From Kofleriaceae bacterium (GTDB lineage Bacteria > Myxococcota_A > Polyangia > Haliangiales > Haliangiaceae), in contig JAYWCI010000134.1 in assembly GCA_043780895.1 (NCBI GenBank), positions 3,875 to 67,874 of the forward strand: a stretch of DNA of 64,000 nucleotides. Reading direction: 5' to 3'. The notes under the pieces were generated by a model. The model worked only from the letters and a program-made list of their open reading frames with translations, searched no databases and was not told the DNA's origin. Shown here one piece after another: positions 54,434-64,000 of the stretch (position 1 is the first letter of the stretch; each line of letters begins with the position of its first letter). Made by a program: the position numbers and the translations under genes.

Positions 54434-54530
54434 GTCTGCGTGATCTCACTTGGGTATTTTCAGCTACTTGGCCAACCTCCCTACATCTATATAGGTCGCG
54501 TAGACGCCTGCCCGAATGGCTCGGGCCCCG

Positions 54531-55796
54531 TCAGGGCTTCTGCATCATGACCGTGTCACCGAGCTCGATCTCCTGGACCGAAACGGTGACCAGGCCCACG
54601 GAGACTTTGTCGCCGACTTCCACGATCACGATCTGACCGAGCGCGCGCGCGGGGAACCGACGATCGTCCTGCCCGGCCATGTCCTTGGCCTGCGGCGGAA
54701 TCGCATCGCCACGCCGCACCACGAACATGTGGTTGCCGACCTCGAGGCCGGCCTTCGCACCCTGATCGATGAACACGATCTCGCCTGCGCCGATGATCTG
54801 ATCGCCGAGCAAGCGCGCCACGATCGAACCCTGCGCATCGACGGTCGGGGCAACCGGCGGGACGCTCTTGTACTGCTTCACGATCGGGCCGACCTTCGTG
54901 CCGCGCGTGATCTCTGCGTTCGACTGCGTGATGATGCCGCGCGCGCGCTTGTCCTGCTTGACGCTCACGACCTGGAGCTCGCCGAGGATGTGGACGTAAG
55001 AGCCGAGGTTCTTCACGCCGTTGCCCGGCACGTAGATCGTGTACTTCTGGCCGACCTGCGGTGGCTCGTTCGACGGGTACGTGAGGTAGACCGAGTCCCC
55101 CTCGCCGAGCAGTTCCTTCTCGTCGACCGCGCCATCGATCGTGATCGATTTATCGAGGTCCTTCTTCTCGATGAAGGCGACCTGCTTGATGCCTACCTGG
55201 GTCCGCTTCGACGGCGGCGGCACCTTGTCGATCGCCTTCACGTCGTTGCCCTTCTCGGGCTCTTTGTCGGCGGCACCTTGATTCGCGAACACGCCGCGCG
55301 GCAACAGGCGCACGAGATCGCCTGGATAGATCCAGTGCGGATTCGTGATTTGCGAGTTGTACGACCAGATCTTTGGCCACTGCCACGGATCGTTGAAGTA
55401 GTACGTGCAGATATCCCACAGCGTGTCACCGGTACGCACGACGTGGAGCTCGGGCACCGGGCCTGCGTGGACGATGTCGTTGTCGTCTCCACGGGGGCTC
55501 GTGCCACTCGGAATGATGTTGGCGTTGGCGTTGCCGTCGCCGACGAAGTAACCGCCCGGCGCATCGACATTCGGAATGCCGCCGCCTTCGGAGACCGAGC
55601 CATCGGGCTTGACCACGATCACGCTCGGCCGTGGAGCCGCGACGGGCGCGGGTGCAGGCGCGGCCTGTGAACCACCGACCGATGGAGAGAGATCGACGGG
55701 GGGCTGCGACGCCGCTCCCGACGGATAGACGGGCACCTGTGCGAGCGCTGTCGCGGGCACGAGGCCGAGACCGAACACGATGAGCGTGTGCTTCAC
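54531..55796 (-). CDS. Secreted LysM-domain protein
   Basis: Signal peptide and LysM segment VVRTGDTLWDICTYYFNDPWQWPKIWSYNSQITNPHWIYPGDLVRL. The GTG start overlaps the cpoB stop. Confidence 0.8.
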   Translation of the reverse strand: MKHTLIVFGLGLVPATALAQVPVYPSGAASQPPVDLSPSVGGSQAAPAPAPVAAPRPSVIVVKPDGSVSEGGGIPNVDAPGGYFVGDGNANANIIPSGTSPRGDDNDIVHAGPVPELHVVRTGDTLWDICTYYFNDPWQWPKIWSYNSQITNPHWIYPGDLVRLLPRGVFANQGAADKEPEKGNDVKAIDKVPPPSKRTQVGIKQVAFIEKKDLDKSITIDGAVDEKELLGEGDSVYLTYPSNEPPQVGQKYTIYVPGNGVKNLGSYVHILGELQVVSVKQDKRARGIITQSNAEITRGTKVGPIVKQYKSVPPVAPTVDAQGSIVARLLGDQIIGAGEIVFIDQGAKAGLEVGNHMFVVRRGDAIPPQAKDMAGQDDRRFPARALGQIVIVEVGDKVSVGLVTVSVQEIELGDTVMMQKP

Positions 55797-56656
55797 GGGG
55801 TCTCCAGTTTCTTCGAGGCGAGCGCAGCAGGCTCGGACTTTGGATAGAGATTCACGACTTGCTCCAACACGGCCTTCGCCTTGTCACCCTGCCCGAGCGC
55901 TTGATAACAGTAACCAACCTTGAGCAGCGCATCGGGGACCTTGTTGCCACGCGGGTACGTCTCGATCGTAGCGCGGAACTCGGTGAGCGCGTGCTGATAG
56001 TCTTTCTGCGCGTAGAAGCTCTCGCCGAGCCAGTACTGCGCGTTATCGGCGTAGTCGTGGCGCGGATACGTCTTCAAGAACAAGCGCAGCGCCGCGACGG
56101 CTTCGTCGTGCTTGCCCGACTTCACGAGCTCGACCGCGGCGCGATAAGCGTCGGCGGCCGAATCGTTCGGCGCTACGAGATCCGCATCCTTGTGCAGCCT
56201 GCGATGTGCAGAGCGTGCGCTGATCGGCGGAATCCGACCGTGCGTGATCTCGATCCGATCATTCGAGGCTGTAGCGACGGGGGTCGAAGGCGCGGCGTAC
56301 ATCGCCGACAGATCGACTTGCGCCGGCTTGCCGAGCGCGGCTTCGCCTTCGTAGACGATCTCGGTGCCGTCCTCGGCCACCGCGACGACGCGCGGATCCG
56401 TCGGACCGATCACCCGAACGGGTGACATCACCTCGATAGGCAACTTCGGCATGTCGCTGATCGGCTGGCTCGATTTACTCAGCGCGAGCTGATTCTCGAG
56501 ATCCTTGATCTTGCGATCCTGCGCGCGGCGATCCGCGCGCAGCTCGCTGACATCGGTGTTGAGCCGGCGATTGTCAGCGCGCATCGCAGACATCGGAGAT
56601 GCGCAGCCCCACGTGGTGCCGGCAAGGAAGACGTAGCAAGCGATGCGGTTGGTCAC
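55793..56656 (-). CDS. cpoB: Tol-Pal-associated TPR protein YbgF/CpoB
   Basis: An N-terminal coiled coil, then TPR repeats AQYWLGESFYAQKDYQHALTEF...LLKVGYCYQALGQ. The start (GTG 56656) is uncertain. Confidence 0.75.
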   Translation of the reverse strand: MTNRIACYVFLAGTTWGCASPMSAMRADNRRLNTDVSELRADRRAQDRKIKDLENQLALSKSSQPISDMPKLPIEVMSPVRVIGPTDPRVVAVAEDGTEIVYEGEAALGKPAQVDLSAMYAAPSTPVATASNDRIEITHGRIPPISARSAHRRLHKDADLVAPNDSAADAYRAAVELVKSGKHDEAVAALRLFLKTYPRHDYADNAQYWLGESFYAQKDYQHALTEFRATIETYPRGNKVPDALLKVGYCYQALGQGDKAKAVLEQVVNLYPKSEPAALASKKLETP

Positions 56657-56717
56657 AGCAAAATGATCGTGGCAGGTCGCATGCCACGGACGCAAAAAAA
56701 CTCGTGTCGAGGCATCG

Positions 56718-56900
56718 ATGTGCTTACATAACCGAGTAAAACGCACCGCTTTGCTCGGCCTGCTCGGCCTGCTCGGCCTGGTTCTGATGATTTCTGCCTG
56801 CAAGCACGCCACGAGCGAGAGTGAGGTCGTCGACTATCTGCAAGCACATCCCGAGGCGCGCACCGCGGCGCTTTCGGTCGCGCGTTCGGAATCGAAGTGA
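56718..56900 (+). CDS. Small ORF with lipoprotein signal peptide (possibly the orphaned 5' end of the decayed tpx gene)
   Basis: MCLHNRVKRTALLGLLGLLGLVLMISAC contains a lipobox. A 9-bp x3 repeat at 56751-56777 encodes (LLG)3. No recognisable mature domain. Confidence 0.35.
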   Translation: MCLHNRVKRTALLGLLGLLGLVLMISACKHATSESEVVDYLQAHPEARTAALSVARSESK

Positions 56901-57040
56901 ACGAGTCCGGCCTGCTCGCGCGCAGCATCTGGGTGATCGGCACCGACGGCAAGATCGCGTACCGCGAGTTCGTCGCCGATCAGGGCCAGGAGCCCGACTA
57001 CGACGCGCTGATGGCGGCCGTGAAGAAAGCGGCTACCTAG
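56834..57040 (+). pseudogene. tpx: C-terminal relic of thiol peroxidase (Tpx/redoxin family)
   Basis: The frame reads LSASTSRGAHRGAFGRAFGIEVNESGLLARSIWVIGTDGKIAYREFVADQGQEPDYDALMAAVKKAAT-stop. It is colinear with the last ~65 aa of E. coli Tpx (..FLQAYGVAI..GLAARAVVVID..EITTEPDYEAALAVLKA). An in-frame stop lies at 56822. The catalytic Cys region is absent. Confidence 0.5.
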
Positions 57041-57958
57041 TCGCGGCGAGGATCTCGCGCGCACCTTGCGCGATCAGATCCTCTGCGAGCTTCTCGCCGA
57101 GCAGCGCGGCTTGATCGATCGTGCCGCCGTACTCGGCGCGGAGGATCTTGGAGCCATCGGGCATGCCGCACATGCCGACGAGCCGGATGCCACCATCGGG
57201 TCGATCGAGCGTGTGTGCGGCCAGCGGCGTCGAGCAACTGCCGCCCATCCTCGCGAGGAACGCGCGCTCGGCGGTGACCGCAGCGTGCGCGCGTTCGTCG
57301 TGGATCGCGCTCGCGGCGAGCCGCCGGACCATCACGTCGCCGGTGCGCGTCTCGATCCCCATCACGCCCTGGGCGACCGCCGGGATGCTGAGCTCGAGCG
57401 GCAGCTCCTGCGTGATCCGATCCGCCATGCCGAGCCGGACGAGTCCGGCGGCAGCGAGCACGATCGCGTCGTACATGCCGTCGTCGAGCTTCCGGATCCG
57501 GGTCGGCACGTTGCCGCGCAGCATCTCGATCTTGAGATCGGGGCGACGCGCGAGAAGCTGGCACTGGCGCCGCATGCTCGACGTGCCGATCCGAGCCCCG
57601 TGCGGCAGCGTATCGACCGTGACCGGCGCGCGCGCGCACAGCGCGTCCCACGGCGTCTCGCGCTTGGACACCGCTGCGATCGAGAGCCCTTCGGCGAGCT
57701 CTGGCGGGACATCCTTCATCGAGTGCACCGCGAGGTCGGCTTTGCCGTCGAGCAGCGCCTGCTCGATCTCTTTGACGAACAGGCCTTTGCCGCCGACCTT
57801 CGCGAGCGGGATGTCCTGGATGAGGTCGCCGGAGGTCTTGATCACCAACAGCTCGACCGCCATCTCGGGCGCGATCGCCGCGAGCCGATCCTTGACGTGA
57901 TTGGCTTGCCACAATGCGAGCGCGCTACCGCGGGTCGCGATCACCAAACGATCCTGAG

Positions 57959-57962
<4 letters not shown>
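57033..57962 (-). CDS. hemC: Porphobilinogen deaminase (hydroxymethylbilane synthase)
   Basis: ATRGSALALWQA and the cofactor Cys in GGSCSTP. The GTG start overlaps the hemA stop. Confidence 0.95.
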
Positions 57963-59308
<1,346 letters not shown>

Positions 59309-59311
59309 GCC

Positions 59312-60106
59312 CTACTCCACGATCCGGCGAACGAGATAGATGACGAGCACAGCGAGCGCCGCGGCAAACCCAGCGAGCGTCAGCTTCGCGGCGCGCCGAC
59401 CGCGCCAGCCGTAGATCGCGCGCGCGAGGAGCAGCGTCGCGAACGCGAACCACGTGATCGCCGCGAGCAAGTTCTCCACGCGAGCCGGGCTCTGCCCCAG
59501 CCGAGCGGTCCACATCGCGCCGAGCACCAGCGCGATCGTGAACACCGGAAAGCCGAACCACACGAGGCGATGCGCGAGCCGATCGAGTGACTCGAGCGGC
59601 GCGCCGCGATCCTTGAACGCCGCCCCTTCGAACTTCTTGCGCTTGAGCGCGCGGTCCTCGGCGAGGTAGATCGCGGAGAGCGCACTCGCGAGCGCGAAGA
59701 TGCCGACCCCGAGCGTTGCGAGCGAGATGTGGACCCGGCCGAGCGTGGAGAGGTCCTCGTTGCGGTCACCCGCAGGGGTCAGGCGCGCGAGCACCAGCAG
59801 GATCAAGGACACCGGCATCACGACCACGCCGCCGAGCGTGAGCCGGTAGCGCGTACTCGCGAGCAAGTAGCCGCCGGTAAGGATGAAGGCCAGGAACCCG
59901 AGCGCCTCGCGCACCGATTCCGCCGGATGCTCGCCATGTACGCCTCGCCACCCGATGTCGGTACCGCTGGCGAGCCACGCGATCAGCACGAACGCGACCG
60001 CGTACGGCCGGAGCTGCGACTTCCCCGCGAGCACGACGAACAAGAGCGCTGCGGCGATCGCGTAGGCGACCACGGCCACCCAGAACGCGGGTCCCGCGGT
60101 CATCAA
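59312..60106 (-). CDS. CcsA/HemX-like cytochrome c assembly family membrane protein
   Basis: About 8 TM helices. Its position directly upstream of hemA matches Bacillus hemA-hemX-hemC clusters. Confidence 0.75.
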   Translation of the reverse strand: MMTAGPAFWVAVVAYAIAAALLFVVLAGKSQLRPYAVAFVLIAWLASGTDIGWRGVHGEHPAESVREALGFLAFILTGGYLLASTRYRLTLGGVVVMPVSLILLVLARLTPAGDRNEDLSTLGRVHISLATLGVGIFALASALSAIYLAEDRALKRKKFEGAAFKDRGAPLESLDRLAHRLVWFGFPVFTIALVLGAMWTARLGQSPARVENLLAAITWFAFATLLLARAIYGWRGRRAAKLTLAGFAAALAVLVIYLVRRIVE

Positions 60107-60125
60107 ATCTCCGCGTTGCTCGCGC

Positions 60126-60425
60126 TCATGGAGGCAGCGGCTCTCCGATGAACCCGTCGATGACGTCGTACGCCATGTCGCCGTAGATCACCGAGCTCAT
60201 CATCTGCTCGGCGCCCATTGCTTCGAGCTGAGGCTTGGACTTCACCCGTCCCACCAGGTCGTGGGGATCTTCGGTACTGCCGTTGGTGGAGACAAAGCAG
60301 ACCGCTGGCGTCATCGAGAACGCGCGGTTTAGCTCGGTCAGGGTCATGCGATCACCTCGAAGCGAGGCGCGTCCTTCCGCAGACCAGGCTTCGAGGCGAT
60401 CGACCGAAATGAAGAGGCGTGACAT
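60126..60425 (-). CDS. Hypothetical protein (99 aa)
   Basis: ATG 60425 lies 13 nt downstream of a TACAAT box. Divergent from trxA. No motif recognised. Confidence 0.45.
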   Translation of the reverse strand: MSRLFISVDRLEAWSAEGRASLRGDRMTLTELNRAFSMTPAVCFVSTNGSTEDPHDLVGRVKSKPQLEAMGAEQMMSSVIYGDMAYDVIDGFIGEPLPP

Positions 60426-60498
60426 TCCCGGGAAGCAAATTGTACCAGCCTCTCGACCGGCTTGCGGTATCGCCTCCCAGGGGTTAACTCTTAGGACT

Positions 60499-60828
60499 AT
60501 GGCCAGCCAGAACGTCAAAGAGCTCACGGACGCCAGTTTCGAAGCCGACGTGCTCCTGTCGGACCTTCCAACGCTCGTCGATTTCTGGGCCGTCTGGTGT
60601 GGCCCCTGCAAGCAGATCGCCCCCACGGTCGATGCGCTCGCCGACCTGTACAAGGGCAAGCTCAACGTCGCCAAGATGGACGTCGATCACCACCAGATCG
60701 TCCCGCAGCAGTACGGCGTCCGCTCGATCCCGACCCTCCTGATCTTCAAGGGCGGCAAGGTCGTCGGCCAGCTCGTCGGCGCGGCCCCCCGCGCGAAGCT
60801 CGAAGCCGAGATCCAGAAGCACATCTGA
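60499..60828 (+). CDS. trxA: Thioredoxin
   Basis: WCGPC active site. 109 aa. Confidence 0.95.
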   Translation: MASQNVKELTDASFEADVLLSDLPTLVDFWAVWCGPCKQIAPTVDALADLYKGKLNVAKMDVDHHQIVPQQYGVRSIPTLLIFKGGKVVGQLVGAAPRAKLEAEIQKHI

Positions 60829-61200
60829 ATGCGCTTCTGGCTCGTGATCGCTCTCGCGCTGGTCGGGTGCCAGCGCGACAAGCCGAAAGACGTTGGCGAT
60901 TGCGCCATCGTTGTCGACCGCGTCCAGGCAGGTATGGAGACGCAGGTCGACAAGATCGGCTCCGATGCGCGCGCGGTGATCAAGACGATGATCCCGGCAA
61001 TGCAGATCTCGTGCGTCGAGGACAAGTGGCCGGCCGAGCTGACTCAATGCATCGTGAAGGCCCAGCCCGGTGATGTCGACGCACTGACCAGGTGCAACTC
61101 GATGATGTCCAAGACGCTGCAGGACAAGCTGCAGAAGCGCTTGATGGCGTTGCAGCCGACTCCGAAACGTACGAACGCTGTCGTACCGACGCCGCCGTGA
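60829..61200 (+). CDS. Putative lipoprotein
   Basis: The ATG immediately follows the trxA stop (TGAATG). Lipobox ALALVGC. Four further Cys residues. Confidence 0.65.
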   Translation: MRFWLVIALALVGCQRDKPKDVGDCAIVVDRVQAGMETQVDKIGSDARAVIKTMIPAMQISCVEDKWPAELTQCIVKAQPGDVDALTRCNSMMSKTLQDKLQKRLMALQPTPKRTNAVVPTPP

Positions 61201-61319
61201 TCTTCTGCGGTGATGTCCGGTGTCGGACCGCGATGCTCGGCCCGTATCGGATCCCGAATCCTCGACGAGAAACGCCGATCTGGGATCCGAACTAGCTAGC
61301 CCGTGAGACTGGCGACCCC

Positions 61320-62951
61320 ATGGCTCGCTCGTCGCTCTTTGCTCGCGTGCATCGGATCGCCCGTGGCCCTGCCCGATCTGGGCCGTCCCGTCGTGACGTG
61401 CTCAAGAGCCTCGTCGGCACCGCGGCCCTCCTCCCGCTGGTCGGGGCCGCAGGCTGCGGTGACAACAGCGGGGGCAACACGATCGCGGTGATCGGTGGCG
61501 GCATCGCGGGCATGACGTGCGCGCACTTCCTCGGGCTCGCGGGCGTGCACGCCGAGATCTACGAGGCCTCGATGCGGATCGGGGGCCGCCAGTTCACGTC
61601 CCGCGGCCAGCTCGCCGACGACCAGATCTGCGAGCTCGGTGGCGAGCTGGTCGATAGCGATCACGCCGTGATTCCGATGCTCGTCGAGAGCTACGGACTC
61701 ACGCTCGACGATCTGGTCGATGCGACGCCTGGCCTGGCGCAGGACTCGTTCTTCTTCGACGGCGCGCTGGTCAGCGATGCCGCGCTGGCCGCGGCGTTCG
61801 CACCGGTCGCCGCACAGATGCAGACCGCGCTCACCGCGATGGCCAACGACGACGCGGAGTACGCGCGCATCGATGCGCTGTCGATTCCCGAGTGGCTCGC
61901 CGGCGACGCCCGGCTTGTGCCGACCGACCTCGTCCGCCGCGTGCTCGAGCTCGCCTATCTCGAAGAGTTCGGCCTCGAGGTCGAACAGCAATCGGCGTGG
62001 AACCTGATCACGTTGATCGATTCGGCGACCACCGAACCGTTCCACGTATTCGGCGATAGCGACGAGCGCTTCCACATTCACGAGGGCAGCGATGCGATCG
62101 CGACTGCGATGGCGACCGAGCTCGGCGATCAGGTCCATCTCGATCACGCGCTGACTAAGGTCACCGAGGCCGAGGGCATGTTCGAGCTGACGTTCGTGAC
62201 GAGCGCCGGCACGTCGACGACCACCGTCGCGCACGTCGTGTACGCCTTGCCGTTCACGAAGCTCCGCGAGGTCGACCTCGCAGGTTCAGCGCTGACCGCC
62301 GGCAAGCGGACCATCATCGGCGAGCTCGGCTACGGCACGAACGCGAAGCTGATGTTGCAGTTCCAAACGCGACCGTGGGAGACCAACCAGCAATCCGCGG
62401 GTTCGATGATCACCGACGTCGGCGCGCTCCAGACCACGTGGGCCTCGTCGCGGGGCCAGGCGGGAACCAAGGGCGTGCTCACGAACTTCGTCGGCGGCGA
62501 GCGCGGCCTCGCGATCGGTGACGGCAGCACGGAGATCCAGGCGGCGACCGTGTTGCCGTGGATCGAGACGATCTTTCCGGGCGCGACCACGGAGTACATC
62601 GCGAGCTCGGCGATCCGCCAGCACTGGCCGAGCTACGAGTTCACGAAGGGCAGCTACGCCTCGTACCTGAAGGGCCAGTGGTCGTTCCTCGGCCTCGAAG
62701 GCGCGCACGAAGGCAACCAGCACTTCTGCGGCGAGCACTGCAGCGAAGACTTCCAGGGCTACATGGAGGGTGGCGCCGAGACCGGCGCGCTCGTCGCTGC
62801 CGAGATCCTCGACGATCTGCACATCGATCCACCCGCCGCGCTCGCCGCGATCGTGACGGTCCTGACCGCCGCGAAGCGGCGGCCACGCGGCAGCTACCAC
62901 GCGGGGTTCGGCCAGCAGCTACGCGCGAATCAGGTCCGTCGGCATCGCTAA
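61320..62951 (+). CDS. Tat-exported, probably lipidated flavin amine oxidase
   Basis: Twin-arginine motif SRRDVLKS followed by lipobox LVGAAGC. FAD fold VIGGGIAGMTCA and an amine-oxidase-type C-terminus FCGEHCS. Confidence 0.85.
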   Translation: MARSSLFARVHRIARGPARSGPSRRDVLKSLVGTAALLPLVGAAGCGDNSGGNTIAVIGGGIAGMTCAHFLGLAGVHAEIYEASMRIGGRQFTSRGQLADDQICELGGELVDSDHAVIPMLVESYGLTLDDLVDATPGLAQDSFFFDGALVSDAALAAAFAPVAAQMQTALTAMANDDAEYARIDALSIPEWLAGDARLVPTDLVRRVLELAYLEEFGLEVEQQSAWNLITLIDSATTEPFHVFGDSDERFHIHEGSDAIATAMATELGDQVHLDHALTKVTEAEGMFELTFVTSAGTSTTTVAHVVYALPFTKLREVDLAGSALTAGKRTIIGELGYGTNAKLMLQFQTRPWETNQQSAGSMITDVGALQTTWASSRGQAGTKGVLTNFVGGERGLAIGDGSTEIQAATVLPWIETIFPGATTEYIASSAIRQHWPSYEFTKGSYASYLKGQWSFLGLEGAHEGNQHFCGEHCSEDFQGYMEGGAETGALVAAEILDDLHIDPPAALAAIVTVLTAAKRRPRGSYHAGFGQQLRANQVRRHR

Positions 62952-62958
62952 CGCAGCG

Positions 62959-63387
62959 CTAGCCGAACTCTTCGGCGAACGCGCGGTGGTTCGCGCTGAT
63001 CTCGGAGTTGCCGATCACGGCGAACACGACCCGCATGAACACGTTCGCGAGCTCGCCGGCCAGTAGCGATTTGAAGATCCGCGCGACCATCACTGGATCG
63101 TTCTTGAACACGCCTGCACCCCAGGCACCGAGGACGAGCGACGCGATGCTGGTGCGCGATCGTGAGGACGAACCTCGCGCGACACGTGGGCACCGCCTCG
63201 AGCTCTTCGAGAGTCGTGCCCCGGTCGAGCGCGCCGGCGTTCGGAGCCGCGCACGTGATCACCGAGGCCAGCACCGGCACCGCGAGCCACCCGCCATCGT
63301 CATCACGGAAGAACGGAACCCGTGGGGACCACAGCGCGAGATCGAGGTACAGCAACGACTTCTGGTGCCGACTCCCCGCGAGCTGAC
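62959..63387 (-). pseudogene. Truncated and frameshifted TIGR02452-family (macro/PARG-like) gene
   Basis: One frame reads ALWSPRVPFFRDDDGGWLAVPVLASVITCAAPNAGA...RFVLTIAHQH. After a shift near 63133-63151 another frame reads ASLVLGAWGAGVFKNDPVMVARIFKSLL...VVFAVIGNSEISANHRAFAEEFG-stop. The N-terminal ~130 aa are absent because the SEDS gene ends at 63388. Confidence 0.55.
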
Positions 63388-64000
63388 TCAGTAGCCGTGC
63401 TTGCGCAGCGAGACGTTCGCGACGAGGCCCATCGCGAGGAAGAACGTCACGAGCGAGCTGCCACCGTAAGAGATGAACGGCAGCGTCACGCCGACGACGG
63501 GCGCGAGCCCCAGCACCATCGCGACGTTGACCGCGACGTGCCAGAACGTCATCGCGGCGACGCCGATGCAGATCACGGCGCCGATCCGATCGCGCGCCGA
63601 CAGTGCGACGTTGAGGATCCACACGAGCAGGAACGCGAAGATCGCGAGCAGGAACACCGAGCCGACGAAGCCCCACTCTTCGCCCCACACCGAGTATGGA
63701 AAGTCCGTCCAGTGCTCGGGGACGAAGTTGAACATGTTCTGCGTACCCTCGAGGAAGCCCTTGCCCCAGACCTTGCCGGAGCCGACCGCGTAGATCGATT
63801 GCTGGGTGTGCCAGCAGTTGTTCAAGAGGTCGTGATCCATCGCGTGACCGGGGACCGAGTTGCAGTCGATGAAGCCGAGGATCCGATCCTTCTGATAGTC
63901 GTGCAGCTTCTCCCACAGGATCGGCACGGCGAGCAGCGCGGCAGTGGTCATGTAGACCATCGGCCACACGCTCGGCATCGCGAGGAAGCCGACCGTGACG
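63388..64000 (-). CDS. SEDS-family peptidoglycan polymerase (RodA/FtsW), C-terminal part; 5' end outside window
   Basis: QQSIYAVGSGKVWGKGFLEG..., HWTDFPYSVWGEEWGF and LPFISYGGSSLVTFF motifs. The frame is still open at the window edge. Confidence 0.9.
   Translation of the reverse strand, partial: VTVGFLAMPSVWPMVYMTTAALLAVPILWEKLHDYQKDRILGFIDCNSVPGHAMDHDLLNNCWHTQQSIYAVGSGKVWGKGFLEGTQNMFNFVPEHWTDFPYSVWGEEWGFVGSVFLLAIFAFLLVWILNVALSARDRIGAVICIGVAAMTFWHVAVNVAMVLGLAPVVGVTLPFISYGGSSLVTFFLAMGLVANVSLRKHGY

Noticed and set aside
56609-56616. CCACGTGG, the central 8 bp of a parS-like palindrome. Other CACGTG cores occur, for example at 1188, 40164 and 63184.
   Set aside because: The flanks do not match TGTT/AACA, and the 56609 site lies inside the cpoB coding sequence. 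I found no convincing parS site near parAB by eye; a PWM scan is needed.
60435-60447. Minus-strand TGGTACAATTTGC upstream of the 99-aa ORF, resembling sigma-54 -24/-12 elements.
   Set aside because: The GG-to-GC spacing is only 8 nt. The embedded TACAAT is more simply read as a sigma-70 -10 box.

Overview
This is a high-GC (about 68%) chromosomal segment. The domain repertoire (FHA, PilZ, Ser/Thr kinase, sigma-54 enhancer-binding proteins, giant TPR/HEAT proteins, PEGA, many lipoproteins) suggests a myxobacterium; that assignment is inference. I call about 60 tightly packed protein genes, most of them housekeeping: parAB, folD, psd, glnB, rimI-engB, coaE, argG/argF/argD, hslVU, xerC, trmFO, topA, dprA, cpoB, hemA/hemC and trxA. 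A P-type ATPase is cut by the left edge and a SEDS (RodA/FtsW) gene by the right edge. I saw no rRNA, tRNA, CRISPR, transposase, integrase-flanked island or phage genes, so this is not an obvious mobile or defence island. Any novelty claim is therefore modest. Seven things stand out. (1) An Hsp70 paralogue, a J-protein and a TPR protein sit inside the arg operon. The J-protein and the TPR protein share a ~50-aa module, and a 482-nt lower-GC non-coding stretch lies between the Hsp70 and TPR genes. (2) An orphan SctQ/FliN-like gene, two PilZ genes, an exported 1348-aa TPR-HEAT protein and two tandem zinc-ribbon/double-FHA paralogues cluster together. (3) There are four decayed gene relics: glnA 3' end with an 11-bp duplication, tpx, a TIGR02452/macro-like gene, and a kinase-like gene. 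(4) A CoaE-SDR fusion. (5) In-frame coding microsatellites, including an AT-rich (KDQ)4 in a sigma factor. (6) A FadR-type operator pair in front of a translationally coupled GntR/GMC-oxidoreductase operon. (7) Two small unlisted or short ORFs: a 56-aa Cys-rich protein and a 61-aa AT-hook protein next to parA. Gene starts were chosen by eye from frame, start/stop overlaps and Shine-Dalgarno-like sequences, and many may be off by a few codons.
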